From assembly GCA_003349885.1 (NCBI GenBank), contig QFXC01000011.1, positions 517,355-581,354 on the forward strand: DNA of 64,000 bases, given 5' to 3'. Of the stretch, positions 16,166 to 25,718 are shown piece after piece. How positions within the stretch are numbered: position 1 is the first letter of the stretch; each line of letters starts with the position of its first letter. The translations under genes and the position numbers were made by a program. Under the pieces are notes generated by a model. It saw nothing but the letters and a program-made list of their open reading frames with translations, ran no database searches and had not been told where the DNA came from. The DNA comes from an endosymbiont of Galathealinum brachiosum. GTDB lineage: Bacteria > Pseudomonadota > Gammaproteobacteria > SZUA-229.

Positions 16166-18187
16166 ATGAAAGATAAAAGAACTTCAAAAAAAACAAATTC
16201 CCCTCCCTTGCTGGCAAGTATTTTTCTGGTGTTTTTTGTCGCGATAAGTTTGTGGTTGATTTTTGAGTATGCAGAAAAAGAGAGAAGTCGTGATTTAATA
16301 AACTGGAAAACCCGATTAGCTTTACTGGCTGAGATACGCGCGGCGGCTGTTGAAGACTGGATTGGATTGAGGAAAATCCAGTTGAATAAACTGGCGGAAA
16401 ATGCCAGTTTAAGATTATATCTTTCGGCATATAATAATCGTGATGAAGTTGATAAAAATGTATTGGGCGCTGAGCAGGGGCACGTAAGAAACTTATTACG
16501 AGCAAGCGCGGATCGTTTTGGCTTTGCAGAAAATATAAGCGCGATAAATAAAAATAATTCAAGTGATTATGGACTAGCGATTTTAGATGCAAATCGCCAG
16601 CTTGTTATGTCTACAAAAGGTTTTCCAGATAATGTTGATATACATAGCGGTGTTATAGATAAAGTATATTCGACAGCAAAGTCGCTGATAATAGATTTAT
16701 ATGCGGGGGAAAATAAACAACCGGTTTATGGTTACATAATACCTGTATTTCAGATTCAGGATCTTGAAGCAGTGAATCCTGTTGGCGCAGTTATGCTGTT
16801 GCTGGATCCACAAAAGAATCTATTTTCTATATTAAAAAACAAACAAAGTGTAACGATTTCTGATGAAACATTGCTTGTTAAAAGAGATGGACCAAGCCTT
16901 GTTTTCTTAAGTCCGGTGAAAGGCGAGTTTAAACTGTTTTATCGTCTTCCTGATAATAACAATCAGTTAGCCGCATCTTATGCGTATCATAACCCGGGTG
17001 GTTTTAAAGAAATCAAGGATTATAGAGGAAATGACGTACTGGTGACGGGTCGTAAAATCAAGAATAGCCCCTGGGGGTTAGTGCAGAAAATTTCTTCTTC
17101 TGAAGCGTTAGCTGAATCGAACAAACATCAGGAGTTTTTAATAACAACATTTATATTGTTTGTGATTGGAGTCGCAGCCGCGTTTGTTGCAATCTGGCGT
17201 CACAGTACCAGTTTGCGTTTACAGTCTTTGAGTGATGAGCTTGAAGTTAGAACAGTTTTGCTAGATGCTGTTACGGATAATATAAAAGATAATATTCTTT
17301 TACTGGATCATGATTCAAAAATTATTTTTATAAATATTGCATTTGCAAAAGCCTTGTCGCTGGATGTTGATGAAATAAGATCAAAGCACATAACCAGTGT
17401 GCTTGGAAAGGAAACGGCAGAATCATTAGTTAATAGTTCATGTGAAGATAGTAAAGCATGTGTTATGGCGTTACAGATAGAGGCCAGTGAGCGTGTATAC
17501 CATGTGTCATCTACTCGGCTGGAGTCGGGTGCGCATCAAAGTGCAACTTTATATGTATTGCACGATATAAGCGAGTTAAAGCAGGAGCAGGAAAAACGTG
17601 AACAACTGGGGCAAGGGATTATTCAAACTTTAGTTAAAGCGGTAGATTTGCATGATCCGTTTTGTATCAATCATTCTGAGCGTACGCGTGATGTTGCAGT
17701 AGAAATAGCTAAAGAAATGGATTTAACTAATATTCAGTTAGAGTCTCTTGAAATGGCGTCTTTACTTGCCAATATAGGTAAGTTATTCGTGCCGAAGGAG
17801 ATCCTGATTAAAATGGAAGCATTGTCAGATGATGAGTCTAAACAATTGAAAAAGCATATTGAGTATGCTGTTGATATATTGTCAGGGCTTTCGTTTAATG
17901 GACCTGTTGTTGATATAATTTCACAGAAAAATGAACGACTTGATGGCAGTGGGTATCCTAAAGGTATAACAGGTAATGATATTATGCTTGAATCACGAAT
18001 CCTGGCTGTAGCAAATGCATTCGTCGCAATGGCTAGTTCGCGAGCGTATCGAGAAGGCCGTGATGTAAAAGAAGTAATGAATATCCTTCTAGAACAGTCT
18101 GAATCATTATATGACCGTCATGTTGTTGCTGCTTTATTTCATATATCAGAGAATAAAGCAGACTGGAAAACGTGGCAGAGTATATAA
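16166..18187 (+). CDS. membrane sensor: periplasmic Cache-like domain - TM - PAS - HD-GYP c-di-GMP phosphodiesterase
   Basis: TM helices at ~residues 15-37 and ~321-343, bracketing a ~285-aa Cache-like periplasmic domain. A PAS-like region follows, then HD-GYP motifs (DLHDPFCINHSERTRD ...NIGKLFVP... ERLDGSGYPKGI). Confidence 0.7.
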   Translation: MKDKRTSKKTNSPPLLASIFLVFFVAISLWLIFEYAEKERSRDLINWKTRLALLAEIRAAAVEDWIGLRKIQLNKLAENASLRLYLSAYNNRDEVDKNVLGAEQGHVRNLLRASADRFGFAENISAINKNNSSDYGLAILDANRQLVMSTKGFPDNVDIHSGVIDKVYSTAKSLIIDLYAGENKQPVYGYIIPVFQIQDLEAVNPVGAVMLLLDPQKNLFSILKNKQSVTISDETLLVKRDGPSLVFLSPVKGEFKLFYRLPDNNNQLAASYAYHNPGGFKEIKDYRGNDVLVTGRKIKNSPWGLVQKISSSEALAESNKHQEFLITTFILFVIGVAAAFVAIWRHSTSLRLQSLSDELEVRTVLLDAVTDNIKDNILLLDHDSKIIFINIAFAKALSLDVDEIRSKHITSVLGKETAESLVNSSCEDSKACVMALQIEASERVYHVSSTRLESGAHQSATLYVLHDISELKQEQEKREQLGQGIIQTLVKAVDLHDPFCINHSERTRDVAVEIAKEMDLTNIQLESLEMASLLANIGKLFVPKEILIKMEALSDDESKQLKKHIEYAVDILSGLSFNGPVVDIISQKNERLDGSGYPKGITGNDIMLESRILAVANAFVAMASSRAYREGRDVKEVMNILLEQSESLYDRHVVAALFHISENKADWKTWQSI

Positions 18188-18308
18188 TATTTTCTAATTA
18201 AAATAAGTATATTAGCATTAACTGTTTGTCTTTTAAGTCAATGACAGACATTATTGATCTGTTAATAGAAATAAACGAAAGAATACAAGTCGGGAGCTTG
18301 TCACCACC

Positions 18309-20513
18309 ATGTATGAATCTTTTTATGGGCTTACGGAAAAGCCATTTACATTATTACCTGATCCGGACTATTTATATCTGAGTCCTAAACATCAACGGGC
18401 GTTGACGCTTCTTGAATATGGCATGATGAATCAGGCTGGCTTTAGCGTAATCTGTGGTGATACAGGGGCTGGTAAAACAACCCTGATTCGACGTCTCTTG
18501 ACTGAATTGGGTGATGACACCAAAGTCGGTCTTATAAATAATACCCATCACTCATTTGGTGAATTGCTTAACTGGGTTTTGATGGCATTTGGCATTGATG
18601 GTGACGGCAAGAGCAAAGCCCAGATGCACCAGATGTTCATCGACTTTCTGATTGAACAGTATGCTCAGAATAAACACACAGTTTTGATAGTTGATGAAGC
18701 GCAGAACATGAAGGCCGATACATTAGAAGAACTGCGCATGTTGTCGAATATTAATTCAGATAAAGATCAGGTGTTACAGGTTATTCTGGCGGGGCAACCT
18801 GCACTGCGTGAAACTTTACGCCAGCCTGAGTTAATGCAGTTTGCGCAGCGTATAGCCGTAGATTATTACCTTGAATCACTGAGTGTTGAGGAAACAAATG
18901 CTTATATTCATCACCGACTAAAGGTTGCGGGCACTGAAAATACGATTTTCACGGATGCCGCCTGTGAAGCAATATTTAAATACAGTGGTGGGACACCGCG
19001 ACTAATTAACCTTCTTTGTGATACAGCACTTGTATATGGTTTTGCTGAGCAAAGCGAAGAAATAAGCGAACAATTAGTACATGACGTAGTGCGCGAGCAA
19101 CATAGCAATAGCATTATACCTACGTTTAACACGGATCATTCTGGTTCGGTTTCCAATCCAGCTAAGAATAGCCCGGATCCTGCCCCATTAGTTGATGTGC
19201 CGATTACACAAAGTGATCAGAAAATAAGTGAGCAGAGTGCTGCTTATGAAAAAACAGAAAAAAAGGTCGTAGTTGCTGAGCCACCAGTTAACGAAGAAGA
19301 TAGAGCAGAGAAATCAGCTGAATTACTTCAGCAAGCCAGTCAACAGACAGCCAGTGTGGTCGGTAGTGCTGAGTCGACAGCTCCAGTTTCTCATACAGAG
19401 TCTTTGTCTGGTATAGAAAAGGCACAGATTAGAAATACGGCTAATGACACTTCAAAAGATGAATCTAATGTAACACCGATAAAGGCTGTGCTGTCTGAAG
19501 CGGAAGAAGTAATTGAAGAGTTAGATGCGGCTGAATTAGAGGATGATACAGATCAGCAAGTTGCGTCTGACGTTAAAGAGCCTGAGCAGGCGAGATCAGA
19601 TGAGACGTTTAAAGAGCCAGTTGATCAGGATCAGGAAAGCGGGTCTGGTGAAAGCTCACCAGAAGATATCCTTAGCCATAATGCCCCTGAAATGGGAAGG
19701 CGAAAAGAGGATGTTGAAGAAATAGCACCATATATGTCACGTAGAAAGCGTGATAACGAAGATGACGATGTTTATCCGATTGTGCATATAGAAGAGAATC
19801 CGAATAAGGGATTCAATATGGTAGTGATTGGCGTTGTTGGGGGAATGTTTGTTGCTTCCATTATAATGATGATAGCTGCCTGGACGATGTTTGGATCAAA
19901 AGATAATATTGATCAACAGGCTGTACAGAAAAACTTAAATCAGCAATTACAGTTAGAGGATGAAAGTCGTGAGCTTAAAGCATTGCAAAAAGAGCGTGAT
20001 GCAGCTTTAGCCGTAACACGCGCGCTTGAAAGAGAGCGTGATGCAGCGATAACTGCAGCAAAAGCACAGGAAGAAATTCGTGCAGCCGAGTTACGTGCAG
20101 CCGAGATATTAGCTGAGCAGCAACGTAGAGCGGATAAGAAATTACAGCAGGCTAGAGCCCGAATAAGAGAGGCTGAACTAGCTGAGTCTAAGGCACTGGC
20201 ACGAGAACATGAAATGCAGCTAGCAGCTGAAAGAAAAGAGTCTGAGTTAGAAAATGAGCGTCTTAGGCTGCTTCGTAAAGAACGGATAAGATTAGAAGCT
20301 CTTGCAGTTGATGAAGAAATGGCCGCAATACGTTTGAAAGAAAAACAAAGCCTTATAGAAGAGTCAGAAGTAGTTGATGAAGTAGTTGATGAAGTAGCGG
20401 ATGAAGTAGCGGATGAAGATAAAGTCCAGACAAAACCCGAAGAAGCTAAGAGTTTTTCATCAAATCCATGTAATAGTCCTTCAGCAAAATTTTTGTCTAC
20501 CTGTAAAAAGTAA
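18309..20513 (+). CDS. ExeA/GspA-family AAA ATPase fused to acidic linker, TM helix and TolA-like periplasmic coiled coil
   Basis: N-terminal FYGLTEKPFTLLPDPDYLYLSPKHQRALTLLEYGMMNQAGFSVICGDTGAGKTTLIRRLL (ExeA/MshM-type Walker A) with Walker B LIVDEAQN. A long acidic low-complexity region is followed by a TM helix (VVIGVVGGMFVASIIMMIAAW), an Ala/Glu/Arg-rich coiled coil and a VDEV tandem repeat. Confidence 0.65.
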   Translation: MYESFYGLTEKPFTLLPDPDYLYLSPKHQRALTLLEYGMMNQAGFSVICGDTGAGKTTLIRRLLTELGDDTKVGLINNTHHSFGELLNWVLMAFGIDGDGKSKAQMHQMFIDFLIEQYAQNKHTVLIVDEAQNMKADTLEELRMLSNINSDKDQVLQVILAGQPALRETLRQPELMQFAQRIAVDYYLESLSVEETNAYIHHRLKVAGTENTIFTDAACEAIFKYSGGTPRLINLLCDTALVYGFAEQSEEISEQLVHDVVREQHSNSIIPTFNTDHSGSVSNPAKNSPDPAPLVDVPITQSDQKISEQSAAYEKTEKKVVVAEPPVNEEDRAEKSAELLQQASQQTASVVGSAESTAPVSHTESLSGIEKAQIRNTANDTSKDESNVTPIKAVLSEAEEVIEELDAAELEDDTDQQVASDVKEPEQARSDETFKEPVDQDQESGSGESSPEDILSHNAPEMGRRKEDVEEIAPYMSRRKRDNEDDDVYPIVHIEENPNKGFNMVVIGVVGGMFVASIIMMIAAWTMFGSKDNIDQQAVQKNLNQQLQLEDESRELKALQKERDAALAVTRALERERDAAITAAKAQEEIRAAELRAAEILAEQQRRADKKLQQARARIREAELAESKALAREHEMQLAAERKESELENERLRLLRKERIRLEALAVDEEMAAIRLKEKQSLIEESEVVDEVVDEVADEVADEDKVQTKPEEAKSFSSNPCNSPSAKFLSTCKK
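20372..20419 (+). repeat. 4 x 12-bp tandem repeat (gtagttgatgaa / gtagcggatgaa) inside the ExeA-like CDS
   Basis: Direct tandem copies encoding (V[VA]DE)x4. A slippage-prone in-frame repeat. Confidence 0.7.
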
Positions 20514-20681
20514 CAAACTAGCCCTGCTTATCTAGCAGGGCTGTCTAAAATAGTGATTGTATTAAACAGCAAAATCAAGACTAATTAGAGTCATTTCTAA
20601 AAAACTGCATTACTCATATTTATACAAACTCAAAGCTTAATTGAACTACACTATGTATACCTGATTTAATACGAGAATGAT

Positions 20682-22148
20682 ATGCAGACGTCTGAGGTTA
20701 CAGAAAATATACACTTACATTGGCGTAGAACAAAAATCATAGCGACATTGGGGCCGGCGAGTAAAAGTGAAAAAAAAATCACCGAACTGATTGATGCGGG
20801 TGTAAATGTATTTCGTTTGAATATGTCGCATGGTACGCATGAAGAGCACAGATTATTAGCAGAGCGTATTCGCAAAATATCAAAACGGAAGAAAGAATAT
20901 GTAGCCATACTAATGGATTTGTGTGGGCCAAAAATTCGTGTCGGTGACTTTGAAAATGGTGAGATAGAATTAAAATCAGGAGATGATGTTGTTGTGAGTT
21001 GCTCGGCAACTATTGGAATGGATGGACTGATAGCGTCACAGTATAGAAGCTTATATAAAGATGTAAAAAAAGATGAAAGAATATTGCTTGATGATGGGAA
21101 GATAGAGCTAAAAGTTAAAATGATTGATGAAAAGGATGTTAATTGTGAAGTTATATACGGAGGTATATTAAAAAATAAAAAAGGACTTAACCTTCCCGAT
21201 TCAAATATTTCAACAAATAGTTTTACAGCTAAAGATAAAAAAGATACAGAATTAGCGATTGAATTAAATGCTGATTTTCTGGCGTTGAGTTTTGTCAGGG
21301 ATGAAAAGTGCATTAAGACATTAAAGCGATATGTAAAAAAATCGGGTGGAGATATTCCGGTTATAGCAAAAATAGAAAAACCTGAAGCCATAAATAAAAT
21401 AGAAGAAATTTTGTCTGAAGCAGATGGAATAATGGTGGCGCGTGGCGACTTAGGTATTGAAATGCGAGCACAACAGGTTCCGCTAATACAAAAAGAATTA
21501 ATCAATAAAGCAAGGTTGCATGGCAAGCCGGTTATAGTGGCAACACAGATGCTTGAATCAATGATAACGAGCTCTAAGCCGACAAGAGCGGAGGTGGGCG
21601 ATGTTGCAACAGCTGCTCTATCGAGTACAGATGCTGTAATGTTATCAGCGGAAACAGCGAGCGGAGATTATCCTGTACTGGCAGTAAATATGATGGATGA
21701 TATTTTATGTGAAATGGAGGTGTATCAATGGCAGCATGGGAAGTTTGGAGAAGCTGATTTCGAACAGTGTGCAGAAATGATTGAACCTGATAGAAAAGCC
21801 GTAGCAAGAGCGGTTAAGTCATTATCTAATGAGTTAAAGTTGCAGGGAATAATAGTGCCTACAAGAAGCGGATCTACAGCTAGTATTTTGTCAGCAGACA
21901 GACCGGGCTCACCGTTAATAGGCGTAAGCAGTAATGAGGCCGTATGTAGAAGACTGGCATTATGCTGGGGTGTCGTGCCAATTTATATTAAAGAAAAAAT
22001 AACACATGACTGGCAGGGCTTATGTAATAAAGTGGCTGATATGTGTAATATTGCAACCACAGGCAATCGAGTATTGCTTGTGTCAGGTTTTAGTGATGAT
22101 GTTAGTTTAAATGAACCTGTTTTAAAGCTGATGAGAATTAAAGACTAA
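20682..22148 (+). CDS. pyk: pyruvate kinase
   Basis: TKIIATLGPAS, NMSHG, MVARGDLGIE and ATQMLESM motifs. 488 aa. Confidence 0.9.
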   Translation: MQTSEVTENIHLHWRRTKIIATLGPASKSEKKITELIDAGVNVFRLNMSHGTHEEHRLLAERIRKISKRKKEYVAILMDLCGPKIRVGDFENGEIELKSGDDVVVSCSATIGMDGLIASQYRSLYKDVKKDERILLDDGKIELKVKMIDEKDVNCEVIYGGILKNKKGLNLPDSNISTNSFTAKDKKDTELAIELNADFLALSFVRDEKCIKTLKRYVKKSGGDIPVIAKIEKPEAINKIEEILSEADGIMVARGDLGIEMRAQQVPLIQKELINKARLHGKPVIVATQMLESMITSSKPTRAEVGDVATAALSSTDAVMLSAETASGDYPVLAVNMMDDILCEMEVYQWQHGKFGEADFEQCAEMIEPDRKAVARAVKSLSNELKLQGIIVPTRSGSTASILSADRPGSPLIGVSSNEAVCRRLALCWGVVPIYIKEKITHDWQGLCNKVADMCNIATTGNRVLLVSGFSDDVSLNEPVLKLMRIKD

Positions 22149-22177
22149 AAGACAGGTGAAGTTGTTTTATAAAATTA

Positions 22178-25153
22178 TTAATTATCAGGCTCAGGTGCAA
22201 ATCCCCGGCGCAATGTATTTTCACTAACACAGTAAGTGTGCATGAATTGCAACAGGTAACCGGCACCGCCTGCTTTGCTACCGGCACCGCTCATTTTGAA
22301 ACCTCCAAAAGGATGTCTTCCAACAAGAGCGCCAGTGGTTTTTCTGTTCAGGTATAAGTTACCTACATCAAAGTTATCACGCGCATATTGCAGGTGAGAT
22401 GGTTGTCGAGAGTATACGCCACCGGTTAAAGCGTAACGACTATTGTTTGCTATCTCAACAGCCTGTTTAAAGTCATCTGCTTCAATAACGGATAATACAG
22501 GTCCAAATATTTCTTCCTGCGCTAGCGGTGATGAAGGGTCAACATCAACAAAAACACAGGGTTTGATATAGTATCCGTTATCAGGGTTATTGCCATTTTC
22601 ATAATTATACATAGTTGTGAATAATCGTGCATTTTGAATAGTTTTTAAAATCTTTTCGTATGCAATTTTATCAATGACCGGGCCGATTAAATTGTGAGAT
22701 TTTTCAGGGCTTCCGAATGTAAGGCTATCTGTAGTTTCAATAAGTCGTTTAACAAATTTTTTATAAATATTACGCAGTACGATGACTCTGGATGCGGCGC
22801 TACATTTCTGCCCCTGAAAACAAAATGCAGAATGTACAACGCCCAGAACAGCATCATCCAGATCTGCATCGTTATCAATAATAATGGCATTTTTACCGCC
22901 CATTTCTACAATGACTTTTTTAATATGATTTTGTCCGGGTTGTATGTGTGAACCTATGCTTAGTAATTTTGTACCAACCTGTAGTGACCCGGTAAAAGTA
23001 ATAATATTTATTTCAGTTTTTCTTGCGAGATATTCACCTACTATTTTACCTGGCCCCGGCAGGAAGTTGATGACGCCATCCGGGATGCCCACTTCCTGCC
23101 AGAGCTGCATGAATTTGGATGCTACAACAGGTGTAAGGCTGGATGGTTTAAGTATGCAGGTGTTGCCTGTAACAATTGAGGCGCTTAACATGCCACATAA
23201 AATGGCTAATGGAAAATTCCATGGGGGTATAACGAGACTGACGCCGTATGGTTTATAGTTTATATGATTATATTCTCCGCTTACATCGATGCTTTTTCCT
23301 TTTAAAATCAGTTCGGCCTGATCAGCGTAATAATTAAGAAAGTCGATGGCTTCGCATACGTCTCCATCAGCTTCCTGCCAGTTTTTTCCCGCTTCAAAAA
23401 CCTGCCATGCAGAAAATTCCATGCGTTTTTTAATTAATAAAGAAGCGACTCTGCGTAAGTAGTCTGCACGTTGTTTTACTGGTGTATTTTTCCAGGATGA
23501 AAATGTTTCTACAGCAGACTTAAGTGCTGCATCAGCGTATGTGTGATTTGCGCAGGACACGCTGCCAATTAATTGAGTAGGTTTTGACGGATTATATGAT
23601 TCAATTTTATCTTCAGTATAAATTTTTTCACCATTAATTATTAATGGATAGTTTTCACCAAAATGTTCCGATACTTTTAGTAAATTATTTTTGAAGTCAT
23701 CACACTGCTGTTGTTTGATAAAACGTAACAAGGGCATATTTTTAAATGAGTGGTTTCCAATGGATTTAAATTTAGTAGTCTTAATAGGGGGTGTAGGTGC
23801 GTTAAAAGTATAATTATTTATCGGCTTGATATTATTTCCGATGCCGGAATCTATCATGCTTTGACCACTGGCATTTTCCAGCAGTCTGCGCACAAGGTAA
23901 GCCATGCCGGGAAGTGTTTCACCATAAGGGACATATATGCGTAAGCGATATCCAAGACTAACTAATGCGGGTTTCAAGGTGTCCGCCATTCCGTAAAGCA
24001 TCTGGAATTCAAACTGGTCTTTGTTCAGATTTAATTTTTCGGTGAAAGCTATTGCAAAAGCAATGCTACGAAGGTTATGTGTGGCGATAGCAGTATGGAT
24101 GACATGTTGGGAATTTAATAATAAGGTAAGGCATTTTTCATAATTGTAATCGGTATCATTTTTTTCTTTCCAGACAGGACATGGCCAGTTGTTCTGTTTC
24201 GCGATAACTGTTTCGTAATCCCAGTATGCACCGCGAACAAGACGCACTGTAACCGGTGTGGCACGGTTATTAAGCAGCTTAATTAGTTGTTCGATGTCAT
24301 CATAGCTATCTTTTAAATAGGCCTGTATAGCAATACCGATATGAGGCCATGACTTAAATTCATCTTCCATAATTATTTTTGTAAAACAGCCGAGAACAAT
24401 ATTTTTAATATCGTATTGCTCCATATCAATGGTAATAAATGCATTGTTTTTAATGGCTGATCTAAGTATAGGTCTGAGCTTTTCACAAATAGCTAAAATA
24501 GAATATTGAGGAGAGACGCTTTGAATTTGTGAATAAAGAGAAGAGAGTTTAATAGAAAAATTGAGTCGGGGTGAGTTACTGCTGTGGCTTAAATCTAGTA
24601 AATCGTTTTGATTCCAGTTGCTTACAGGTTCAGATAGTTTGTCTAGCATTTCCAGGTATTGAAGTTGATAAGCTTTGCTTTCAGTTTCAGAAATAGTTGC
24701 TTCACCTAGTAAATCAAGAGTGAAATTCATTTTTTGATGGCGTAAACGACTGATGCTGGTCATTGCCTGATGTAACAGGTGTCCACCCATAAATTTGCGA
24801 GCCAGCCCCCGTAATGTATAACGGACGGTTGGTGCTGCGATTCGTGTTACCCATTGGGCATCAGTGTGCTTTAGTCCCCATTCAGCAATACGAGGTAGTT
24901 GTAAGTTGGAGAAATATTCCTGCAAATGCTCAGCCAGTACCTGGTCGTCATCGAGGCTGGGTAAAACATCAATAAAACGTAATGCCTGAATGCGGAAATC
25001 AGTCTCGGAAATAGTGCGATTAATCAGCTGTTCAAGCCAGTTATGTTGAGATTTAGATGGTGATATATTGTCTAATATGGCTTCACCAAGACGTTCTCCG
25101 CAGTCTGCTACATGCTGCTGAAAAGCTTCGGGTGTTGTGTGTAGAGCAGTCAT
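22178..25153 (-). CDS. putA: bifunctional proline dehydrogenase / delta-1-pyrroline-5-carboxylate dehydrogenase PutA (short form without N-terminal DNA-binding domain)
   Basis: 991 aa. Proline dehydrogenase barrel region plus aldehyde dehydrogenase motifs (VEMGGKNAIIID, EIFGPVLSV, C-terminal FGGFKMSG). Confidence 0.85.
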   Translation of the reverse strand: MTALHTTPEAFQQHVADCGERLGEAILDNISPSKSQHNWLEQLINRTISETDFRIQALRFIDVLPSLDDDQVLAEHLQEYFSNLQLPRIAEWGLKHTDAQWVTRIAAPTVRYTLRGLARKFMGGHLLHQAMTSISRLRHQKMNFTLDLLGEATISETESKAYQLQYLEMLDKLSEPVSNWNQNDLLDLSHSSNSPRLNFSIKLSSLYSQIQSVSPQYSILAICEKLRPILRSAIKNNAFITIDMEQYDIKNIVLGCFTKIIMEDEFKSWPHIGIAIQAYLKDSYDDIEQLIKLLNNRATPVTVRLVRGAYWDYETVIAKQNNWPCPVWKEKNDTDYNYEKCLTLLLNSQHVIHTAIATHNLRSIAFAIAFTEKLNLNKDQFEFQMLYGMADTLKPALVSLGYRLRIYVPYGETLPGMAYLVRRLLENASGQSMIDSGIGNNIKPINNYTFNAPTPPIKTTKFKSIGNHSFKNMPLLRFIKQQQCDDFKNNLLKVSEHFGENYPLIINGEKIYTEDKIESYNPSKPTQLIGSVSCANHTYADAALKSAVETFSSWKNTPVKQRADYLRRVASLLIKKRMEFSAWQVFEAGKNWQEADGDVCEAIDFLNYYADQAELILKGKSIDVSGEYNHINYKPYGVSLVIPPWNFPLAILCGMLSASIVTGNTCILKPSSLTPVVASKFMQLWQEVGIPDGVINFLPGPGKIVGEYLARKTEINIITFTGSLQVGTKLLSIGSHIQPGQNHIKKVIVEMGGKNAIIIDNDADLDDAVLGVVHSAFCFQGQKCSAASRVIVLRNIYKKFVKRLIETTDSLTFGSPEKSHNLIGPVIDKIAYEKILKTIQNARLFTTMYNYENGNNPDNGYYIKPCVFVDVDPSSPLAQEEIFGPVLSVIEADDFKQAVEIANNSRYALTGGVYSRQPSHLQYARDNFDVGNLYLNRKTTGALVGRHPFGGFKMSGAGSKAGGAGYLLQFMHTYCVSENTLRRGFAPEPDN

Positions 25154-25400
25154 AAGAGCATTGCCTTTTAGACTTGTCGTACTAAGGTAATAGCTGTTTA
25201 ATGAGCTGCTTGCAAGTTAGAAAATGAGTATTGCGATATGCGGTGTAACGATTAAATATCGGTGTTCGATAAATCAATAACCTGGATAAGAGTATCCATT
25301 GTAGTGATAGCGAAAATAGGGGTTTAAGTGATTAAATCCTCAGGCAGGTTAAATTAACTGCTTGAGGCAATGGATCACATAACGGGGATATGAGTAGAGT

Positions 25401-25673
25401 TTACTCTAGAAAAACCAGACCAATCCCGTCAGGCTCATGCCGTACAACTTTTGCTCGGTTTACAGGTGGTTCTTCACCATCACCTAGCTGGTTTTTAAGG
25501 CGAACCTGCACTTCAGTATCAACTTTAGGAAGCTCAATATTATCAAGAATGAGATAAAGTCCTCCATCACTAATGTTGCGGGTGCGTACATTCATCATAT
25601 CCTGACCTGGAAGTGTAAGTTCAATATCTACGATAAGGCCTATGCGTAAGTGTTTTCTATTTTCAGATGACAT
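25401..25673 (-). CDS. PilZ-domain c-di-GMP binding protein
   Basis: 90 aa with an RxxxR motif (RKHLRIG) and a D/NxSxGG motif (NISDGGLYL). Confidence 0.7.
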   Translation of the reverse strand: MSSENRKHLRIGLIVDIELTLPGQDMMNVRTRNISDGGLYLILDNIELPKVDTEVQVRLKNQLGDGEEPPVNRAKVVRHEPDGIGLVFLE

Positions 25674-25718
25674 AATTCATTATTATTTTTTTAACAGACT
25701 AGGTATTAATAATAGCTG

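Noticed and set aside
20666-21526. 286-aa minus-strand ORF
   Set aside because: It is entirely antisense to the well-supported pyruvate kinase CDS. Its low-complexity Ser/Phe/Ile-rich translation is typical of an AT-rich antisense frame.
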